NCBI RefSeq assembly: GCF_963506605.1
Contig: NC_083290.1
Location: forward strand, 26,164,001-26,228,000
DNA length: 64,000 nucleotides
Reading direction: 5' to 3'
Origin: Zootoca vivipara
Taxonomy: Eukaryota
A program made the translations under genes and the position numbers. This document shows positions 1-11,900 of this stretch, piece after piece (position 1 is the stretch's first letter; every line of letters starts with the position of its first letter). Under the pieces are notes generated by a model. The model searched no databases and was not told the DNA's origin. It worked only from the letters and a program-made list of their open reading frames with translations.

Positions 1-229
1 GTTTTAATCAGTTGGCTGGTTTTTAACCTGCTCTTCCTCCAACGAGCTGAGGGCAGCACAAAAGAGTCTGTTCTCCTTTCTCTGTCTGCACAACTACCCT
101 GTGACTAGCACACATTCACAGCCAAGTAGGGATGTGGGGCTAGGTCTTCCTGGTTCTAGTTGGTCACTCTAACCACCACACAATAATGACAGTTTGTAAT
201 TAGGTTTGTAATTTGAATGATCCATGTTT

Positions 230-365
230 TAGGCATGTCAAACCTGCGGCCCTCCAGATGTTTTGGCCTACAACTCCCATGATCCCTAGCTAGCAGGACC
301 AGTGGTTGGGGAAGATGGGAATTGTAGTCCAAAGCATCTGGAGGGCCGCAGGTTTGACATGCCTG
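230..365. mobile_element. 136-bp non-autonomous hAT-type MITE
   Basis: Terminal inverted repeats (t/c)AGGCATGTCAAACCTGCGGCCCTCCAGATG...CATCTGGAGGGCCGCAGGTTTGACATGCCTG; same internal sequence as copies at 6581, 33141 and 37847; no clean TSD here. Confidence 0.8.
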
Positions 366-705
366 CCAGACCATGCATTTTGATTTTTAAAATGTATGTC
401 ACCTGCTTTCTGTACAAAAACAACATTCCAAAGGAATGCACTCCGGGTTTCAAAGCATCCCAACATCCCTTTAGAAACAGCCTAAGTCTCAGCTGGCACA
501 CACAGATAAAAACAGTGCAGTTTCCCTCCCTGATTATGGGATCCCCAGAACAAGGATGGGAATGAAAAACTGCAGCAAGAGCTCCATAGTTCATTCAAGA
601 TGATAGGATTTTAGGGCAAAGTCCTGTTTGAGCTTAATTTTCAAACCTATGATGTGACTGGGACACATTTGTAGTGCTCTTGGGGGGACTCGCTTAAAGC
701 TATGA

Positions 706-1710
706 GTAAGTAAGTAAAACCTTTATTGGCATCAAACAAACTCACAGACAAAATAATAAGAGATTAAAACTGTCACTGTGGCAAACGCTGTGTTAAGAGA
801 GAGAAGGGAATAATCCGCTATCCGCTCTCACGACAATGGGGCTTCTAATAATTCAGACGACTGCAGAGTACAGCGACGAGAAAATAGTAAATTAAGATAT
901 TGAGCCACCATCTTGGTGAGGGCCTGGTCCTTCCCCAGCAAAAGGAATTGTAAGATTTCCCGCTCTGGTCTTCTTCTGGGGATGCCGAGCCGGTCCAGGA
1001 ATTGTTGATGGAGGTCGGCGTAAAGATTACAATGAAAAACCATATGTAGAAGGCTTTCCACCTGAGGGTCATGACACAGACAGAACCTCTCGTCCTTCGC
1101 CCTGCCCGAGAATCTTCCCCACAGGAGGTTCGATGGATTTGCGTTGAACCTGGCCAACGAAAATGCCCTTCTTTCTTGTGGGTTCAGTAGGAAGTCAAGA
1201 TAATTAGGTTTTGTTTCATGAGCCCACGAAAGGTGGAAAAGAAGGGGGGAACATGTTGTGCCTGCTGCTGCTATAAGATCCTGTCTCTCAATGTCCCACA
1301 ACCTAGTTAAGACTGTGGCTTTGGCAGATTGTAAGGACATTGAGCGGAGGAGTTCTACTGAAAGCCCCAGTTGCTGTACCTTCCTGTTGAAGTGTTGTAT
1401 CCCTGGGGGGAGGAAGGTGTCCGAAAGCATTTCCTGGAGGAAGGGATCTCTGTCAAGGTCGAGGCAGATTTTTAGCCAGAATATAAGGAATCTTGCCCAG
1501 GCGACAGATTCCACCTTGTGTTGAGCTCCCTCTAAACATAAAACTGCATATGGGACGCATATGGGACGCATCTTGGAACAGAGAAAATCTTGTAGAGGAA
1601 GGCTGATTGCACTTGCTCTACTGTCTGGGTGAACCCCGGGATCCAGATTGGAATGCCGTAGAGCAGTTGTGATATGGTCTTGGCATTGAAGATCTTGAGC
1701 GCAGAAGGGA
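706..1710 (-). mobile_element. 5'-truncated non-LTR retrotransposon (RTE-X-like ORF2 C-terminus)
   Basis: ORFs 1532-1768 (LLYGIPIW...EQVQSAFLYKIF) and 828-1571 (C-terminal knuckle CLC...H...C); 3' AATAAA plus (TTAC)n tail at ~706-726; 11-bp TSD TAAAGCTATGA at 695-705 and 1711-1721; frame broken by an 11-bp duplication at 1546-1567. Clade assignment is from motif resemblance only. Confidence 0.8.
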
Positions 1711-2960
1711 TAAAGCTATGAAACGGGGGGGGGGGGGGAGTCCCAGAGAAGTCCCTTTTATCATTCACAGTACAGGGAAGGATGCTTTGTCCTTAACTCA
1801 AGGAAAGCAGTGGGTGGGTGGGATCCTCAAAACAAAAGCCTGAAATCCCCCATCTGACTAAGTCTGAATTCATAATAGCAGAAGCTGGAACAGAGCCTGG
1901 GAAAATGAGGGTTGGTACTTCCCCTCGGTCATTTGGAGTGACTCTTTAAAAAGTATTGGGTAGTACTTGCTTTTTAAATAATAACAAATACAACATGTAA
2001 AATTTTTATAATGTTTTAGTGAGTGTTCAAAGCATTTCACAACTTTATCTCTGCCACCCTTTACAATAGCTCAGTTAGTGAGCATTTTTCAGTTGGGGGT
2101 GGGTGGGTTGAGGCTGAGACATACTGGTAGTATTTTTGCCAGAGACCCATCTAATGAGTTCATAGCTGTATTGAGATTTGAACCAGGCAACTTCTGAGAG
2201 GACAGTTGCCACTCCTAAAATGCAGTCTTGTGCATGCTCATTTGGAAATAAAGCCCACTGAATTCAGCGGCCCTAATTTCCAAGTCACTATGCATAGGAT
2301 CCTAGCAGGGCAAAGCAATAGAAAAGTCCACTGTGCTGAAGGAGGGTTGGTTAAAACTAAGGTGTCTCTTTGCCCAACCCTGTCCAGATCTGTCAGCCTC
2401 TGCTAGTGGGGGGAGCTCTGCCTATCTCTAGTCTAAATAAATGTGGAAGGAAGGGATTAGGTCCCTTGCCCAGGGTGTTTATAGTCTGCATTAGATGGGT
2501 AGAAAGACAGACAGACTGGGAAAAAGATGGCAGGTAGGATGCTGTACAAATGTGGGAACCAACCTGGCATTACAGATTTTGAGACAGGAGTGACTTGAAA
2601 GCTGTCCTCCTGAAAAACAGTAGCATTGCTGTTGGGCCTTGTGAAATTGGCGCACTGCTTGGCAGTGGGGGCAGAGAGACTGTTAGTGTGAATGTGGCCT
2701 GTGTGCTTGCCCTACAGTTTCCCAAATGCAGCAACTAGAGCAAGATGTTAGTTCAGATTAGCACAGTGTGTCCTCTTGAGAGGATTCTGCCAAGATGAAT
2801 TTTCACCTAAGGACATAGCATCCTGTAGTTAATGGCAGGAAGTCGTGGAAGTGTACAAATTACCCAGAGGCGTGTGCTATACTGTTGCCCCCCTTCTGAA
2901 GTGCAGAGGAAACTGGTTTTGGCCACCCGGAGTTCAACCAGCACATTGTTTTGCTTGCAG

Positions 2961-5900
2961 AAGAGACGTGCTCTCCCTTTCCCATAGAGTTGCAGCAGGC
3001 CAGGTGTCCTGCGACGGGCTTGGAGACTGCATGGGAGGAGCAGCTCCTGGAGCAGCAAGATCACTTGGAAAAGGAGATGGAAGAAGCAAAGAAGATGATT
3101 TCAGGACTGCAGGTATCTGGTCTGCTTCCTCTGTCTGCATTTAGCCCATTTGCTTCTAGCGGCCACTTGTAAGTTGTGGGGCATAGGAATTCATTCATCC
3201 CCCCTTCAAAATATAGTCCGCCCCCCTCCCCCCATAAGATCTGAGGGACAGTGGACCGGACCCCTGCTGAAAAAGTTTTCTGACCCCTGTAATGTAATTT
3301 AAGGCATGGCTGTGGGAGTCAGAGGCTTTTGGTTCAGCTCCTTGCGCCATATTTGCCCACTCAACCACTTGGATCTGTAGAAGTGGCACTGTTACATGTG
3401 CCATGTAATACTTGCCCCCTCCTCTTGTAATAAAGCAACCTTTTAGTGTTGTAGTACCCACACTTTGGAACTCCCTGCCTATTGACATCAGGCAGACACT
3501 TTTTCAGCAACTGCTTAAAACATTGTTGTTTAGGTAAGCCATAGAAACCGAGATATTTTTAGCTTTCTGACGAATTAAATTGTTCTTTGAATATTTGCTT
3601 TTAACTGGGATTTTTTTTACTGAGAATTTTAATGTCTTATTTCTTTTGTAAACCACTTTGAGGTTTTCTTACAATCAAGTGGTATACAAATGTCGTTAAA
3701 TAAATAGTTTCCAAAAAGGGACCTGCAGCCATTCCTGAGGTAGGTAGGTAGTTCTAGACATTCTGAGATAGCCCAGGGAAGACAAGAGAGGTATGCTGCT
3801 CTTTAAACTTCCAATACTAACTAATGAAATGTGTTGAACGAATGCTTCAGTGCTGAGGAAGCGCACTTAGGAAGCACATCATCACCAAGGGTATGGCAAA
3901 GTAAAAAATTCACCAAGTGGCACTGGCATAGGGCTGGGGAGGGATTGATGACCATAATAGTTGCACAACTACATTCTACACAGCAATAGCAAATCATGAT
4001 TGGATGTGTTATCTGGGGGACAAACTGTGTTCTACCAGATGCAAAGTGCTGGGAAAATACATTCCCACACCAGAAGTGTGGTCTGAGATGAACAGGTCTG
4101 GGCTATGTGTAACAAATGCTTACCAAATACGCTATTCTGGTTTTTTTTTCTTTAAAGAAAGGGAATAATACACAGTAAAAACTATAGAGAAAAGGGGACA
4201 ATCCCTTCATCAGATCAACAGTTGATAAAAAATGCTAGAATTCCATAGCTGCCAAGTTTTCCCTTTTCTCGCGAGGAAGCCTATTCAGCATAAGGGAATT
4301 TCCCTTTAAAAAAGGGAGAACTTGGCAGCTATGGAATTCAGGTTTCCACCCAAGGCGGCTAAAGGACTGAGTTTATTTGCCTTGTGAGAAGCCCTGCTTC
4401 AATGATGAGATATAGTGTTTCTTCCTGACCGGTTTGCTCCTCCACCTCTGACCCCTCCCTGGTTACGTGACCCACCCTCCTCCTCGTTGCTCTGCTTGGA
4501 GGTCAAGTGCTCTGTTCCTTCTGCTAAAGGCTCTGTACTTTCTCAAGCACCAGCATTTTCTGCTCTGGGAACTGCGCTGGTTTTGAATGGTAAATGTTTA
4601 TGTATGAGTGCACAAAGGCAGCATTGTGTTGGCAGCATCAAACAGGGCAGGCAGGAGGGTGCATTTGCAGCCGGCAGTGAACAGGAGACACAAAAGGCTC
4701 AAAAAGCAGGCAGGGCTGCTTGGTGCCCTGCTGAAAATTGATTGCCCACTGTACCCTCTGAGATCGTGCACTCCCTTCTCTAGTTCTTCATGCTCCGGGA
4801 GCCAACGGGAGGCAGCTGGTTCTCAGGGCGGCAGCTGCCTGGCATCATGTCTCCCAGGAGAAGCGAGGAGGCAGCTGATCCCACTGTCCAGGAAATTGGA
4901 TCTGAATAGTCAATTTTCCCCTTTAAAGCCTCTAGTTCACGAGGGTTTGATTGAAGGCCCAGGGCTTAGCATGTTTCTTTGGGAGGCAGGACAGTAGCAG
5001 CTCCCTGGTTGGTCTCGACTGGATATCATGCTGGGCAAACCTTGGGAGCTCTTGGCATAGGAAATGCAAATGTGTATGAGGTTGGCATTTTGCCAGGGTT
5101 GCCTCTCCCTTGGTTATCTTATCACACACATTCTGCCAACTTCAGAGTTTAGCCTTGCTGAATCTCAGTTCGACTGTCCCTGTTGCTTTCCAGTGCTCTT
5201 TCTGGGATCTAAGTAAAACATAAATTCAGCCTGCAAAGTAAAGACTACTTGCCTTACATCTTCCATATCTTAACTCCCGTCAGCTTCTGTCTCCTATAGT
5301 TGTTTTCATGCTCAGGTCTACAGAATGGGAATAATTACAGTCTTAATTCACAGGGCTAGAATTGCGTCTGTCTCTCTTTCTGCCTCCGTCTATTTCCAGA
5401 GTTCAGAGATGAGTGTCTATCCTTAGGTAGCCAAAACAGCATTATCCATACACAAGTTCAAGTAAAAATAGATATCTCTTGGGAAACTAAGCTCGCTGTT
5501 TATACTGTTACGGCTTTGAAGACTTGACTCCAAAAGGGCCTTAGCGGTCTGCCAAAAGCAGCACTCTTTGTTTCTTTCCCTTGTGTCCAAATACCGCTTT
5601 TTAACGTCATCTGAGGACAGAATCCAGCTTTTGTGCTGTTGGGCACCAGTTGCTGAAACAGACAAGGTTGCACATCCCAGACGGGGCCTTTCCAGACGGG
5701 ATTGAATTTCTCTCTGGCGCGTTTCCATGGAGGTCTCTGATTGGGATTTTCCCTTTGCCTTTGTTGCTTTGCCAGGCCTTGCTGCTCAATGGGTCGTTAC
5801 CTGAGGATGAGCAAGAAAGACTGTTTGTCCTTTGCGAACAAGATGCCTGCCCCGAAGAGCAGCTGGTGAGTCGGAAAGGCTTTTTCTCCGGAGACTCTTT

Positions 5901-8900
5901 TCTGTGTGTAGTATCTCTATGTAGGCACTGGTAAATAATTGCAATACTTTGCCTTCAGGTCATAGTCCGAAGCCGTCTGGATCAGAGCATGGAGGAGAAT
6001 CAAGAGCTGAAGGTAAGAAGAGGCAGACACGATGCAAGAAAGAGGTTCCTGGGGCACCAGCTACTGAGCCATGTTCAGGGTCTTGTAGCTAACTTATAAA
6101 GCCAGAAAGGTTAGCAGAAAGACCGCCTGCTCCTCTATAAACCTGTAAGATTACTTAGATGGTTTGGGGAATTTTTACTTGTAGTAACAGACCCAACAGA
6201 ACATCGCAGAGTGGTTACCTGGAAACGGGCATTTTTGCCTCTGCCATATAGGAAGCATCATCCACAAATTGCTTCAGACAGGGGGAGGACCAAGAGGTTT
6301 GAATTTACTTATTTACTTTTGCATTTTGCAAGCCGCTTAGTGGACCTGATGGTCAAGCACAGGATATATACCTAACTGTTGGGGATGTCTGTGAGACAGG
6401 AAGATTTCGTCCGATTGCGTTTTAAAAGTTCTCACTGGGTCATTTGTGTTTACACGGGAGGAGTTGAATGCTACATGCAGGGAAACGGTGGTGTGGTTTT
6501 TTTTGTCTAACATGCAAATCCAAACCATTTCAAATTTTCATTGTGGGGCTATACCATGTGTGGGATCAATGGCTATAAAGCAGGCATCCCCAAACTGCGG
6601 CCCTCCAGATGTTTTGGCCTACAACTCCCATGATCCCTAGCTAACAGGACCAGTGGTCAGGGATGATGGGAACTGTAGTCCAAAACATCTGGAGGGCCGA
6701 AGTTTGGGGGTGCCTGCTATAAAGCATAACAAGGAACAAGGGACATGTCCTGGGGAAACACAGATTCCCCCCCCCCCCCGCAAGGATGCACTTGCATGCA
6801 CTGAGGGAAGCAAACCATGCAAACTGCACAGACCATGCTCATCCTGAACCACTTCTGTTCTGGTCATCGGCAACCGCATCCCTTGGCAACAACCAGGCCT
6901 AGACTGTGGGAACCAGCTGCAGTGAAAGAGCATGCCTAGCACTAGAAATTATATCCCATCAGGGTTCTTTACAAATTCCTTAACATAAAGCTTAAATTCC
7001 CCATGTGTTTTCAGGTTTTCCTATGGAGAGCCGTGCGGGCTATACTTCTGCATTGGCTTTTACTGCAGTCATGGCCTTCTGTAGTTGATTCTCCCCTTTT
7101 ATCGTGTGATTCTGGTTGCACAAATTTCTGGACCCTCTCTTCTTCTCCCCTGTTACAACATCCCTTCTTCAGCTACTAAGAGAAGCCTAACTCTGCAAGG
7201 TGTTCTCGAAGCCTACTTAACACTGAAAAGTTATGCTATATTTGGAGAACTAATGGGGGCATTAGTTAAGATTTCTGGCCATGTCTAAGTGTATTCACAC
7301 TTTCATTGGCAAGATGAAAGCAGCTCAGGAAAAGGCAATTCTGTCATGTCTGTCTCATCTGGGGCCTATGCAGAAGTTGGCAGCGAGCCCAGGACTCTCG
7401 CTGGAAGCTACATTCTCAGCACTGGGCCGAAAGAGAGATTTTGAGGGCTTGTCGGTTTTCCCTGTTTGCCGTTTAATGTCGAGTCCTTAAGAGATCAGGC
7501 AGTGCCCAGGGGGGTATTCATGCAGGCATTGATTTTTTTCTTGGTTCCTTCAGGCTCATTAAAACAGGTCCTGTACAAAATTCCATTTGATTTTCAAGCA
7601 TGAAAGAGGGTTTCTTTAAAACATTTTAGGTGGGGGAGGATGAACAGGGAAGGGAGGTGGGAGAGGCAGCATTGATTTTGAGACAGTGACATCAGGATGT
7701 CATTGCAACCTCACTTTGTTCAACTTTCAGAAAGAGTTGCAGAGGCACAAGCAAGAAGCTCGAAGTCTGCAAGGGGTAAAGGTGAGACATTCAAGTTTAA
7801 AATTTTGGCTATAGCCTATTGTTGCAGTTGGGCGTGATTGGCGAAGAGGTGCAGAAATGCTCGCCCAGCCTTAATGTAGGGTCATACTTGCTTTTCAAAG
7901 AATTTTCTTTTGCACATCTGAGAACCTAAACCGCTAGCTATGTCTGGAACAGACTCGCAACTTTCATTCTCTCTGTGAGCAGTGGAGAGTTTTAAAAGCA
8001 GCCAACTGGAGGTGTTGAACCTTGAATTCTGCTTGTGAGTTTTTCACCCCGACAGGACCACTTCTGAACATTTTGTAATACACATATAATCCCCACCTGC
8101 CTATCCAAATGTACACAGATGTTTGTAGCTGAAGATCTCTCACACTGGGATATATTGGGGGGGGGTGAGGGGGGGAGATACTCCAACCAGGAAGATAAGT
8201 GTTACCCGTCTAAATGCCTTTCTCCATCAGGACTCCCCCAAGGAATGTGTCTTTTTGGTAGCACTCTATACACCCCCGCCCATAGCTGCAGCCAAGGATA
8301 CTCATGGCACAGGCTTGGGCCGTGGGGAGGTCACTTTGCTGCTGCTAACACAGCAGTTTGACTTCATACTCCATTGTCTCTCAAGGCAGATGGATGCCAA
8401 CAGGAAATACCTATATTCTGCTTTTTCTATTTAAAATATCCAAGATTTAATTGAAACTGACTTATAGGGCCTTTTAAAAAAATGGTTACCAGGTGACAGT
8501 ACCACAATTCTTTTGTTTTCATTATGAGAAACAGTCGTCCTGATCGTGTGGGGCATCAACGTATATTCTCTCAATACAAATAAAAATCCCAGAGTTAGGT
8601 GTGGTGGGGAAAACTTGACTTGCTGCTTCAACCCCCACGTCCAGAATGTTTGGGCAAGGGATTGCAGAGCATATGCAGAAGGCGCTACATTCAGTTCCTT
8701 GCTTCGCCAGGTTCGGCTGAGAAACAGCCCTGCCCATAGCTGCCAAGTTATCCCTTTTTAAAAGGGATTTTCCCTCATGCTGAATAGGCTTCCTCGCGAG
8801 AAAAGGGAAAACTTGGCAGCTATGCCCCCGCCCCCGCTGCCTAGCGCGCTTGCCATTTCCCAGTTGGTGGATTGTCCAGAGGGAAATTAAAATGTGAAGA

Positions 8901-11900
8901 ATAGCTGGAGAAAATGTGAAGGCGATTTGAGGAGCATTTGCATTTGTGCTGAATGTGCAAAAACTGATTTATGTGTCTGATTACAAGTACTCTTGACGTT
9001 AATGTGGGTTTCTGCAAGCAGTTTGTAGGGTTAGAGGCAGCTTCTTCTCTGTTATTCAGTTTCCAAAGGACAAGCTGAATAGGCAAGGCTGGGAAAATCC
9101 CAGGGGCCTGGTCACATCGACCTCTGAAAATTTTAAATTGTGATTCCCTACCCTCCACAAAAAAATAAAAATAAAATGCTGGCAAAAACAGGATGTAGAA
9201 CAATATGTGACAGTACAGTATGTGAAACAGTATGTGAAACGGATACTTAAAAATTAGATTATTGACTGTAAGGAGCTAAAATATTTAACCAGACCTGAAG
9301 ACAGATCATTCTGGGTGGACTGAAAGAACAACCAGTGATTCCCTAATAAATGCTGCCTTTGCCATTTGAAAAGTGTTGAGGATCAGGTGGAAGTAGGCAA
9401 TTTGAAAGGCTCCACCAAGCAATGAGCTCTGCAGTCAACACTCATTGGTCAGAAACAGTCACATCTCCAGTGCATGACAGTTAAAAAAGTCAGTGCTTGC
9501 TTTGAGGATGTGGTTGTGTGAATCTGTCTTCTCCTGAAGGTGAAGGTTGTTGCTTCATGGATCAGTGTACTGATTACTAGGCGTACAACACACATATGAG
9601 GGATCTGCAACAAATCTATGTGCCGTGCTTGGCTGCCTTCAGCTTGTTTATATCCCAGCCATGTGATAATCAGCTCTAGAGCAAGAGATATTTTTAGTTC
9701 TGCCTCCTCACCTGATGTTGCTGGGGGAAAAAACCTGTGAGAAACACGAAGGGAGAGTTGTGGAAATGTACCCTGGCTTGGGCAGATACAGTAGGATTGC
9801 AGGGCAATGTGGTTCTCAGAGCTTACTTAGCTCAAATTCCATGGTATTCCCTAGGCCATTAGGCTTTAAATTGCATTCATGCTTCACATTCATTTTACTG
9901 CAGATGAATTACATGTGTCTTGCTGTGGTTTATGTATTTTGAGATCTTTATTTGGTCCACTAGCAGCCCTCAAAACAAGTGTCTCAAACAATATCTATGC
10001 CTGAATTAAAGGCAATTTTAGTAAAACAGTTCAGATCCTCCCAGGCTACATGCTGCATCGATAATATCGGCCCCTACCTGCAGTCTGAAGTGATGTACTC
10101 CATACAGGTTTGCCACTTCACAACATCGGGAGGCCCACAGCTTCCATCATATAGTGATACTCTGAATGTTACGTTCTCAACTTTTCAACCCTGGTAGATG
10201 TTTACATCTTTCTTGAGTGGGCACTAGGGTACTACTAGGTGAGTGTTGTATAGTTCTACTCACTTGAAGATGCAATGGTAGCTTCTCATTCATGGATTGT
10301 GTAGGTGGTCACTGAGTGGTGGCAGTAGGAATTGACTCTGGGCCACACAAAAGAACCTCCAAAGGCACATCTTTTTGCCCATATTTTTTTTCACTTTAGC
10401 TGCCTGAGCAGCCCTGGGGACAGATACACTTTTTGAGATGCTGACTGCTGGCTGGAGTGTAGCTCTGTGGTGAGATCCTAGAGTTTGGTCTAAACAGTTC
10501 ACCTGGGTTGGCCTGTGTAGTTCTCTTCCTCTAGCCACTGTGCTCTTACCTTCTGCACCTCCCTTCCTTTCCCCTTCACATTTTAGTCTGTAGGTTCTTT
10601 ACAGTGCAGTTTCAAGCACATTTCCTCAGAAGTTAGTCTGAGTGCAATTATACTTGCTTTCTTGCAAATGTTCCAGGGTGGCAGCCTAAAGTGGGTGCAT
10701 TTTATTTTTGCAGGATGCCTTGCAGCAGCGGTTGGTCCAACAGGATGCTCTGATTCTTCAGATAAAGCAAGAGCTGCTTAGAGCAAACATGGACAAGGAG
10801 GAACTGCATAGCCAAAATGTGAGTGGCCTTTTTGTGTTGCAGCGTCCCGTGTGAGGTTTCCTCTCTGGAGACTGACGCTCATGGGACTTGTGAGAGGGGT
10901 TGTAGCGGGAGAGCATGCACTTTGCCTGCAGATGGTCCTAGATTGAATCCTTAGCCTCTCCAGGTGTAGGGGTATGTGTGTGTGTGTAAACCATGTGATG
11001 TGAATGGCCTTCCTCTGCCTCAAAACCTGGAGAGCCACAGCTAGTCCGAGTAAACAATACTGGGATAAATGCACAAGTAATTGTGTGCAGGCATAAGGCA
11101 ACTTCCTGTGTTCCTGTAGGAGAGTTCCATGCCTTACATTTAAAGCATGTGGCCTCCTCCTAAGAATCCTGGGAACTGGAGTTTGTCAGCGTGCTAGGAA
11201 TTGAAGCTCCGTGGGGAATGAACTACAGCTCCCAGGATTCTTAGGGGGAAGCTGTGACTGTTAAAAATGCTGTAAATTAATATGGTGAGAGGGCAGGCCC
11301 GTGGGGAGTCGGGGGACCAGCCGTAACAAGACTGCTTAGGGGGAAATTATGTTGCTACAGCTCAGTGGCCTAATTAATGCCTTCTGTAGCCCATTCTCTT
11401 CCTGAGGGATCTATGTATGTAGCTATTTGCATTTTCCAAAATCACTTTGTCTAGTGAGAAGGGAGAATGGCTTCCCTAGTGTACTTGGCAGTAAAGGATG
11501 GTGCAGACCTGTAAATCCTTTACTTCACAGCCAGGGTTGCTTTAGCCTCAGAGCTGAGCTAGAGCCATCCTGTAAATTCAAAATGGAGGAAGCCTCAGTG
11601 CCCAAGGAAGGGCCAAGGAACAACAGGGGCCTCTGTGTGTGTCATGGCGCATTTTGTAGAGTGTTGCACTGGGTCTCCAGAGCCAGGGGGTACAAACAGC
11701 ACACCCAGCTCACTATTCAGTTGTTTCTTATGCAGGCTGAACTACAGAGGAAAGTGGAGGAGCGGAATCGACTTCTGGCTGAATATAAAGTAAGAAAATA
11801 TTCCTTCCCCTCAGGTTGGGAGGGGGCATGTTGCCCAGGTCACCCCTGCAGTGTAACTGGGAAATCCTCCTCATGTGCCCTTATAATTTTGCCTCTCTCC

